DNA of 64,000 nt from Acidobacteriota bacterium (GTDB lineage: Bacteria > Acidobacteriota > Vicinamibacteria > Vicinamibacterales > UBA2999). Each line of letters starts with the position of its first letter. Positions within the stretch are counted from its first letter, which is position 1. Below are positions 52,889 to 59,864 of the stretch, piece after piece. Made by a program: the position numbers and the translations under genes. The notes beneath the pieces were generated by a model. It was not told the DNA's origin. It did no database searches and was given only the letters and a program-made list of their open reading frames with translations. Where the stretch lies: contig VFZN01000002.1 in NCBI GenBank assembly GCA_016871195.1, positions 196,690 through 260,689 of the forward strand. Reading direction: 5' to 3'.

Positions 52889-53980
52889 TCAGAGTACGCG
52901 CTCAGCCCGCGGGTAGCTGCCCAGCACAGACAGCCGCGCACAGTGGCGCCCCGCATCAGCCAGCGCCCGCTGCATGGCCGGGTCATCCTTGTGCGCCAGC
53001 GCATCGAGGAAGAACAGATAGTCCCAGTGCGCATCGCCGCTGGGACGCTTCTCGATGTGCGACAGGTTGACGCCTTCGCGTCGGAAGCTGTCGAGCACTT
53101 CCACGAGCCCGCCGGCGCGATCGGCAAACGCAAACCACAGCGTGGTCTTGTCGGCACCGGTCGGCGGCACCGGCGCGCGCCCAATCACCAGGAAACGCGT
53201 GACATTGCCCGGGCGATCTTCGATGTGGTCGAACAGGGTACGCACGCCGTACAGCGTGCCCGCAAAGGATGAGGCCAGCGCCGCCGCACCCTCCTCGTCC
53301 CGCGCGCGCAGGACCGCGGCACTTGTGCTCGACTCGGCCACAAACTCGGCCTCGGGCATGACCCGCGCGCACCAGGCCCGGCACTGTGCATACGCCTGCG
53401 GCTTCGAGTAGAGCCGCCGCACCTCGCCCGGGGCGCAGTTGGCCAGGCACGCCAGCCTCACGCCCACCAGCGCCTCGGCCCTGATCGCCACCGGATGCGC
53501 CACCAGGGCATCGAGCGTCTCGTGAATCGAGCCGGTCGTCGAGTTTTCGTACGGCACCAGGCCATGATCGGCGCGACCCGCTTCCACCTCGATCACCACA
53601 TCTTCGATCGACGGCACAAACGCCAGCTCGACGCTCGAGCCGAAGTGACGGACCGACGCCAGATGGCTGTAGCTGCCCGAGGGTCCGAGGGCCGCCACAC
53701 GCAGCGGACGCTCGAGGGCGAACGAGCCCGACATGATTTCGCGGAACACCGCTTCGATCGTCGTGGCGCTGAGCGGTCCGTGGTTGCGGGCCACCGCACG
53801 CTCGATCACGGCACGCTCACGGCTCGGCGCGTACACCGGCACGTTCTCGTGCCGCTTGGCGTGGCCCACTTCGACGACGAGACGGGCCCGTTCCTCGAGG
53901 AGCCCGACGAGGCGGTCGTCGACGTCGTCAATGAGCGTCCGCAGTTCGGCGAGCGTGCGCGGGTGTGAAGGGGAAGACAT
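52889..53980 (-). CDS. pheA: Bifunctional chorismate mutase / prephenate dehydratase (P-protein)
   Basis: The N-terminal CM helix is LAELRTLIDDVDDRLVGLLEERARLV. The PDT block is VAALGPSGSYSHLA...ENSTTGSI. The C-terminal ACT domain is TTLWFAFADRAGGLVEVL..F...GVNLSHIEKRP. Confidence 0.88.
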   Translation of the reverse strand: MSSPSHPRTLAELRTLIDDVDDRLVGLLEERARLVVEVGHAKRHENVPVYAPSRERAVIERAVARNHGPLSATTIEAVFREIMSGSFALERPLRVAALGPSGSYSHLASVRHFGSSVELAFVPSIEDVVIEVEAGRADHGLVPYENSTTGSIHETLDALVAHPVAIRAEALVGVRLACLANCAPGEVRRLYSKPQAYAQCRAWCARVMPEAEFVAESSTSAAVLRARDEEGAAALASSFAGTLYGVRTLFDHIEDRPGNVTRFLVIGRAPVPPTGADKTTLWFAFADRAGGLVEVLDSFRREGVNLSHIEKRPSGDAHWDYLFFLDALAHKDDPAMQRALADAGRHCARLSVLGSYPRAERVL

Positions 53981-54032
53981 GCGGGGGTATTAGCCTGATC
54001 GCGTCAGGGTATCAGGAGCCACGGGCTCCGGG

Positions 54033-55466
54033 CTAGAGATTGAGAAACTTCTGGATGCGCTCGATCAGCGTGTCCTTGTGCGATAGCCGCCCGGCATCGG
54101 CGGCATCGGCCACCTGCTGCGCCTCGGCAAGGCCGGTGCGCCGCTCGGCAATCACACGCCCGATGGGTTCCAGCAGCGACGGATGTTCGCGCAGCAGCCC
54201 GGCCAGTGTCCCGGCACTGATCTCGAGCACCTGACAGGCAGAGGTCGCCCTGACCGTCGCTGACCGCGGAGCGCCGGTGAGCGCCGACATTTCGCCAAAG
54301 ACGCCGCCGACACCGATCGTGGCCACCTGCTGCTGGGAGGGTTCGAGCACCACCGCCACGTCACCCGACAGCACGACGAACATCGACCGTCCCGATGTGC
54401 CCTGCCGCACGATGGCCTCGCCGCGCGTGAACCACTGCAGCGGACTGGCCGTCGCGAGGCGCTGCCACAGGCTGGCAGGCAGGTGTGCGAAGAGCTCAAC
54501 ACGCCCCACGACCTCGGCGGCGCGCGCCTCGTCGTCGGTCGTCTGCGCGGGCGGCTCGGGGCGGCTGTACTCGACCTGAATCGGCCATGGAATCTCGATG
54601 CCGCTGCGACGGAACTCGTACCACAGGTTCGAGCGCACCTGATCGCGTGCCACCCGATCGGCGGCATAGTCGTCGATCCAGAACCTGATGCCGTAGTCGA
54701 CCGACGAGGCGCTGAAGGCATCGATGGTCACCAGCGGCGCCGGTGTCCGGTTGACCAGGGGCGCGTTGTCGAGGGCACGGCCGATGGCTTCCTTCACCGC
54801 GTGCGGCGGCGTGAGGTAGCTGACGCCAACGGTCACCTCGAGTCGCGTCGGCACGACCGGCTCGGAATAGTTGAGGATGACGTCCTTGGCCACCGTGCTG
54901 TTCGGCACGATCAGGAACTGGCCCATCTTGGTATGCAGCTTCGTCGCCCGCCAGGTCACTTCCTCGACGCGCCCCTCATGGCCGCCGATGCTGACCCACT
55001 GCCCCACGCGGAACGGCTTTTCGATCTGGATGGCCAGCCCCGCGAACAGATTGCCCAGCGTGTCCTGCAGGGCAAAGCCTACAACCACCGCGCCGACGGC
55101 AGAGGTCGCCAGCAGCTGCTCGCGCAAGATCAGCGTGGCGATCACCCCGAACAGCACGAGCACCGACGCATCCTGCACGATGGCCGGCATGCGCTCAGAC
55201 GGCCGCGATTCCTTCCACGGATTCGCCGCGACAGCCACCGTCATCGTCAGGACGGCGAGGACAACGGTGAGGCGCGCCAGCCCGGCCAGCAGCACCTGAT
55301 CGCCCAGCCCCTGGGCCAGTGCCGCATCGAGCCCCAGTGACACGACGAGCAGTGCGGCCGAAAACAGCAGGCGTCCGCGGATGTACCGGCTGCGGATGAT
55401 CACCGCCAGCAGCGCGATGGCCAGCAGGCCCGCAGCGGCGGCGATGACAGCGGTGGTCAGCGGCAC
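54033..55466 (-). CDS. MscS-family mechanosensitive channel with C-terminal cyclic-nucleotide-binding domain (bCNG-type)
   Basis: GTG start. The protein has TM helices and the MscS core LGNLFAGLAIQIEKPFRVGQWVSIGGHEGRVEEVTWRATKL. The CNBD is ...GEAIVRQGTSGRSMFVVLSG...FGEMSALTGAPRSATVRA. Confidence 0.82.
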   Translation of the reverse strand: MPLTTAVIAAAAGLLAIALLAVIIRSRYIRGRLLFSAALLVVSLGLDAALAQGLGDQVLLAGLARLTVVLAVLTMTVAVAANPWKESRPSERMPAIVQDASVLVLFGVIATLILREQLLATSAVGAVVVGFALQDTLGNLFAGLAIQIEKPFRVGQWVSIGGHEGRVEEVTWRATKLHTKMGQFLIVPNSTVAKDVILNYSEPVVPTRLEVTVGVSYLTPPHAVKEAIGRALDNAPLVNRTPAPLVTIDAFSASSVDYGIRFWIDDYAADRVARDQVRSNLWYEFRRSGIEIPWPIQVEYSRPEPPAQTTDDEARAAEVVGRVELFAHLPASLWQRLATASPLQWFTRGEAIVRQGTSGRSMFVVLSGDVAVVLEPSQQQVATIGVGGVFGEMSALTGAPRSATVRATSACQVLEISAGTLAGLLREHPSLLEPIGRVIAERRTGLAEAQQVADAADAGRLSHKDTLIERIQKFLNL

Positions 55467-55480
55467 GTGATCGCCTTGCG

Positions 55481-56644
55481 CTATGCGCCCGCGGCCGTCA
55501 GGCCGCCAGCCTTGCGGAATGCCTGCAGGTCGGCTGCGGAAATCGACACGGCCACCAGCGCCGGGTTGCTCCCGCCGCGCGCATCACGTTCGGGATCGAC
55601 TCCGCGGGCCGCGCCCGAGCCGGTCACCTGCGCCTGCGATTTTTCGCCGCCGCTGCCGGGCATCATGCGGCCCAGCCCGAAGCTGCGGCGCCTGGGCTCG
55701 TCCTTCTTCGCCTTGTCGTCTGCCGGGGCCGGCGCCGGTGCAGCCTTGCTGTCGCTGCCGGTCAGGCCGGCGGCACCGGCATCAACGGTGGCAATGTCGG
55801 AAAGGGGCTTCGGGGTGTAGGTGATGGCCTGGCGATAGCGCTCTGACAGCGTCACCGTGCCCGTCAGCTTCTGCTTCGTGATGGTGCCGGCAATGCCATC
55901 GAGGCGCGACTGCATGTCGGGATGCGAGGCGAACAGCCCACGCCGTTCCCTGGACGAGGCGTTGCGCTCCTTGAGGCGTGCGAGGATCGTGCCGAGCGCC
56001 GCGGGCTGATAGCCGACGCGACTGATGAGGGCCACGCCTGCCGCATCAGATTCGCGCTCGTCCTCGCGCCCGAATCCACGCTCGACAATCGACTCGTAGG
56101 TCGCGGCGACCACCCGATCGAGCAGCGCCGCGTTGCCAGAGAGAGTTTCCGAGGCCCCCATCTGCACGGCCTTCGTCTTCTGCATCGACCGGATGGTGTG
56201 CTTTCCGGTGATGTGCACAATCTCGTGCGCCAGCACGCCCGCCAGTTCGGCCTCGTCCTGCATCAGCGCCAGCGCGCCGCGTGTGATGTGCACATATCCG
56301 CCGGGCGCCGCAAAGGCGTTGACGCCGTCTGTGTCGAGCACGATGAACGTCCACGGCAGCGCCGGACGGCTGCTGGCGGCGGCGATGGTGCGGCCGACGA
56401 GGGACACATAGCGATGCACGGGCGCACTCTGCACCACGCCGTAGCGCTCGCGGATGCGCGCGCTGACATCCTGCCCCAGCTGCTGCTCCTCGGCGTCGGT
56501 CACCTGCAGGTCGCGCAGTTCACCGACCTTCTTCACGCCCTCGGTGACTTTGCCCAGCTGGCCGAGCTGTCCGGCCCCGGCCTCGACGCCCGACAGGGTG
56601 ATCAGCAGGGCCACCACGGTCATTCCCGTTCGACTGACTCTCAT
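55481..56644 (-). CDS. Secreted M48-family zinc metallopeptidase with low-complexity Ala/Pro/Lys linker and short C-terminal module
   Basis: The protein has a signal/anchor. The HEXXH is LAHEIVHITGKH and the downstream ligand region is ERESD. Its start overlaps the cyclase stop (ATGA). Confidence 0.8.
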   Translation of the reverse strand: MRVSRTGMTVVALLITLSGVEAGAGQLGQLGKVTEGVKKVGELRDLQVTDAEEQQLGQDVSARIRERYGVVQSAPVHRYVSLVGRTIAAASSRPALPWTFIVLDTDGVNAFAAPGGYVHITRGALALMQDEAELAGVLAHEIVHITGKHTIRSMQKTKAVQMGASETLSGNAALLDRVVAATYESIVERGFGREDERESDAAGVALISRVGYQPAALGTILARLKERNASSRERRGLFASHPDMQSRLDGIAGTITKQKLTGTVTLSERYRQAITYTPKPLSDIATVDAGAAGLTGSDSKAAPAPAPADDKAKKDEPRRRSFGLGRMMPGSGGEKSQAQVTGSGAARGVDPERDARGGSNPALVAVSISAADLQAFRKAGGLTAAGA

Positions 56645-58665
56645 GCGCGCACCTCGAAAATCTCCGCGGGCTGCGTCTTGCCCTTCACGGTCACCGTCCC
56701 CAGCGGCCGCACATCGTACTGTCCCCGCAGCAGGGCCCGTGTCGCCTCGCTGATGATGATACGCGTACCATACTCCTTGTTGAGCGACTCGAGGCGCGCC
56801 CCCAAGTTGACCGCGTCGCCGATGACCGTGTAGCTCATCACCTGATCCGATCCGATGTTCCCGGCGACCATCTCGCCGCTGTTGATGCCGATGCCGATGT
56901 CGAACGGCGGCGCCCCCCGGGTGGCGCGCTCGGCATTGAGGGCTGCCAGCGCCCGCACCATCGCCAGCGCCGTCTGCACCGCGTGGTCGGCGTGGGCCTC
57001 GTCATCGACCGGCGCGCCGTAGAGCGCCATCACCATGTCACCGACAAACTTGTCGAGCGTCCCCTGGTGGGCAAACACGAGCGCCACCATGCGCGTGAAA
57101 TAGTCGTTGAGCTGCGCCACCATCGCCTCGGGCGACTCGCGTTCGGTCAGGCTGGTAAACCCGCGCATGTCCGAAAACAGCACCGTCATGAACCGCCGCG
57201 TGCCGCCGAGCTGCGCCAGCTGCGGCGCCTCGAGCAGTTGCTGGTAGACCGCCTTCGACACATAGCGCGAGAAGAGACGCGTCACCTTCCGTCGCTCGCG
57301 CCCTTCGACCACATAGTGCCAGCCGAGATCGCCGACAAACGCCAGCCCCAGCGCCGCCAGCGGCATCACCATCGGCCACCACACACCACCGCCGAAGGTG
57401 ACGACCGTGCCCCACACCCACGCGCCGCCGGTCACCAGGGCCACGGCCCCGGCCACCCACACGGTCGACAGGGCCCCCACCACCGACACCAGCAGCGTCA
57501 GGGCCACCATGGCCCCGAGGGCCTGCCAGCGCGGGGCCTGCACCAGCTGGCGCCCGCCGAGCATCGCGTCGATGGTCTGCGCATGCACCTCGGGGCCGGC
57601 CATCTTCCCTTCGGTGAATGGGGTGGTGAACACATCGTGCAGCCCCTGGGCCGTCACGCCCACCACCACCACCTTGTCGCGGAACTGCGCAGGCGCCACA
57701 GACGGCGTCACTCCTTCCATCAGCTCCTGTTGCGCAAGAAACAGGTCATAGAACGACTGCCTCGGCAACGCCGCAGTGCCATCCGAGCCGACGGCAGCGG
57801 CGGCCCAGGGCAGCAGCGCCCGGCAGGTCGTGCGCACCGTGCCATCCGGTTCCTCGAGGCGACCGGCCATCAGCGGCCAGTCAAGGGCCCCCGCGCGCAG
57901 GTGCGTCGGCGAGGCAGTGAGGTCACGTCCGGTCAGGCCTTGTGCCAGCAGCACCGCGGCCAGCGGCAGCGAGGGCAGCACCACTGGCCCACCGCCGGGA
58001 CGCTCGACGCTCACGAGCGGCACCACGCGCCGCAGCGGACCGTCGGCGTCGTAGACCATCAGGCTGTGGCCCACGCCCGCCGATGCCTGCGCCAGCTCGG
58101 GAAACGGCAGCACGGTCTGCGGACGTCCTTCGACACAGGCCGTGTGTCCGAGCCGGGCCGTGCGGTCGGGCAGCACCGACACATCCACCGGCAGCGCCCG
58201 CGCGGCATCGCGCGCCCCGCTGCTGGCTGCCTCGGCGGCATGCACGACCATACCCGCCGCCCGGGTCGAGTCGACGAGTGCCTGGTCCGATTCCTGACCC
58301 GTCCACTCGGTCTCACCGACCATGAACGTGCGCCGGTCCCCTTCCGCAAACAGCACGTCGTAGACGACCGCCCGCGCCCCCGCGGCCGCCAGATAGTCGA
58401 CGACGAGCGCATGCACCAGGCGCGGCCATGGCCAGCGGCCCACCAGTGGCTCCATGCGCCGCAGGCTCTCATCGTCAATGGCGACGACGATGACGGGTGA
58501 CGAGGGGCTGAGGCGATCCGCCGTCGTCTGTCGTACGCGCCAGTCGTAGGTCTTGAGCTCGATGGTGTCGGCGAAGCCTGTCAGACTCAGCCCGGCCGCC
58601 ACGAGGGACGCGGCCAGGGCGAGCAGCAGCCGTGGCGCAAGGCGAGTGAGTCGACCAGCGGGCAT
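56641..58665 (-). CDS. CHASE2-domain membrane sensor fused to a class III adenylate/guanylate cyclase
   Basis: ORF 56641..58686 (GTG). I prefer ATG 58665 (GATAAT 6 nt upstream) or 58668. The CHASE2 opening is TGFADTIELKTYDWRVR, followed by TM helices. The cyclase core is VTVLFSDMRGFTSLTE...FVGDMVMALYGAP...GINSGEMVAGNIGS...YTVIGDAVNLGARLE. Confidence 0.85.
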   Translation of the reverse strand: MPAGRLTRLAPRLLLALAASLVAAGLSLTGFADTIELKTYDWRVRQTTADRLSPSSPVIVVAIDDESLRRMEPLVGRWPWPRLVHALVVDYLAAAGARAVVYDVLFAEGDRRTFMVGETEWTGQESDQALVDSTRAAGMVVHAAEAASSGARDAARALPVDVSVLPDRTARLGHTACVEGRPQTVLPFPELAQASAGVGHSLMVYDADGPLRRVVPLVSVERPGGGPVVLPSLPLAAVLLAQGLTGRDLTASPTHLRAGALDWPLMAGRLEEPDGTVRTTCRALLPWAAAAVGSDGTAALPRQSFYDLFLAQQELMEGVTPSVAPAQFRDKVVVVGVTAQGLHDVFTTPFTEGKMAGPEVHAQTIDAMLGGRQLVQAPRWQALGAMVALTLLVSVVGALSTVWVAGAVALVTGGAWVWGTVVTFGGGVWWPMVMPLAALGLAFVGDLGWHYVVEGRERRKVTRLFSRYVSKAVYQQLLEAPQLAQLGGTRRFMTVLFSDMRGFTSLTERESPEAMVAQLNDYFTRMVALVFAHQGTLDKFVGDMVMALYGAPVDDEAHADHAVQTALAMVRALAALNAERATRGAPPFDIGIGINSGEMVAGNIGSDQVMSYTVIGDAVNLGARLESLNKEYGTRIIISEATRALLRGQYDVRPLGTVTVKGKTQPAEIFEVRA

Positions 58666-58671
58666 CATGGG

Positions 58672-58677
58672 ATTATC
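58672..58677 (-). promoter_or_regulatory. -10-like GATAAT immediately upstream of the tandem ATG-ATG of the cyclase gene
   Basis: The minus strand reads cgcGATAATcccATGATG. The spacing is 3 nt to the first ATG and 6 nt to the second. Confidence 0.4.
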
Positions 58678-58886
58678 GCGGGGCACCCGCGACTGGGCAG
58701 TCGGGAGAAGACGGAGGCATCCTCAGGAACGGTAGCAACGGCACGGGCAACCGTGCACGAGGATAGCGGATTAGCTGCCGCAGTGCTCCGCTGGAAGGAG
58801 AGACAGGGGATGCTCCGTGGCAGGGCTGCCTGCGAGGTGCGAATACCCACCGCGCCCGGCACCGGCGAGAGCATCGCCCCCGGACA

Positions 58887-59195
58887 CTACCCCCCGCTCC
58901 GCCGCTGGTCGAGAAACCGATTGAACGCCTCGCGGGCCTCGACGCTCGTGAACAGCGCCTCGTGGGCGCCGCCAGGCATCTCGAAGACACTGTTTCGCGG
59001 GCAGCTGCTGCACGCGTCAAGGGCCTGTCTGAACAGCGGCCACGACCGCATCTGGATGGCCGTGTCGGCCAGCCCCTGCACAAACAGGGCGTCGGCGCGA
59101 AATCCCGAGGTGAACGACAGCAGCGAGCGATCGCGATAGGGCCTGGGATTCGCGGACGGCCCCCCGGGGCCAGGACCACCGTGGACGATGACCGG
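58887..59195 (-). pseudogene. Remnant of an alpha/beta-hydrolase (S9/dienelactone-hydrolase-like) gene with the nucleophile-containing core missing
   Basis: Own translation of the ORF 58887..59081 frame extended upstream: ..PVIVHGGPGPGGPSANPRPYRDRSLLSFTSGFRADALFVQGLADTAIQMRSWPLFRQALDA...FEMPGGAHEALFTSVEAREAFNRFLDQ*. The HGGPG oxyanion-type block and the C-terminal 'G.D......GGxHe' His block are only about 70 aa apart. There is no GxSxG block and no plausible start codon. Confidence 0.45.
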
Positions 59196-59276
59196 ACCGG
59201 GTCGTCGCCGTGACCTCGGCCGACCCGGTCCGACTGGCTGGCACGCTGCCTCCGTTCGATGCGCCGCGTCGCATCC

Positions 59277-59492
59277 TCACTGCGGAGCGACCGTCGTGGT
59301 CGCCGGCGCACCGCGCGTGTACTTGTCGAACCAGTGGCGGAGATACAGCTGCGTACGCACGAAATTCGACGGCGTGCTGGTCGTGCCGTGAGCCTCGTTA
59401 TTGAAGCGGATCATCGCTGTCGGCACCTTGAGCAGCTTCAACGCACTGTAGAACTGCTCCGTCTGCGGCATCGGCGTCCGCATACGCGGCAC
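59277..59492 (-). pseudogene. Isolated C-terminal fragment of an S9-family peptidase
   Basis: ..RMRTPMPQTEQFYSALKLLKVPTAMIRFNNEAHGTTSTPSNFVRTQLYLRHWFDKYTRG matches the S9 C-terminus pattern (RvP..Q.eqfy.ALk..gvp.....yp.E.HG......N......l.WFdkYL). An in-frame TGA lies just upstream. No catalytic Ser domain is found in any frame. Confidence 0.45.
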
Positions 59493-59749
59493 GGCCCAGG
59501 CTCGCCAGGTGCTTCATGTAGACCTGAAACTCCCCGTGCCAATCATGGTACGCATCAGGATGCGGACGTCTGCAGACCGACGGTTGCCTCGGCAACGAAA
59601 GAGTGCCTGTCGCTCGGGACGACGTGACGGAATTCGCCCGGGAGAGGGCAGACGCAGGAGGAGATACCCGAGCGCGCACGCTTCACGCGACAAGTGACGC
59701 ACCAGACCGCCGGTCACTGCCTGCGCACGAATGGTCCGGTCGATCCGTG

Positions 59750-59778
59750 TTTACAGTCACCCGGGCATGCTGTATGCT
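59750..59778 (+). promoter_or_regulatory. Sigma70-like promoter TTTACA-N17-TATGCT upstream of the third TonB-receptor-like gene
   Basis: The -35 is TTTACA (59750-59755) and the -10 is TATGCT (59773-59778), with a 17-nt spacer. About 80 nt of leader ends in AAAGGAG 6 nt before ATG 59865. Confidence 0.4.
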
Positions 59779-59864
59779 CCGCGCGTCAGTCGAAGACCCC
59801 GGCAACACCGCAACACAGTTCTGTCCTTCGCTTCGCTCAAGTCGGATCGTGAAAGGAGTCGCGG

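Noticed and set aside
58753-59139. 128-aa plus-strand ORF, and the 212-aa minus-strand ORF 58673..59311, in the large non-coding gap
   Set aside because: These are Arg/Ser/Pro-rich translations without motifs. The only meaningful similarity in the region is the fragmentary alpha/beta-hydrolase frames, which I reported as pseudogene remnants.
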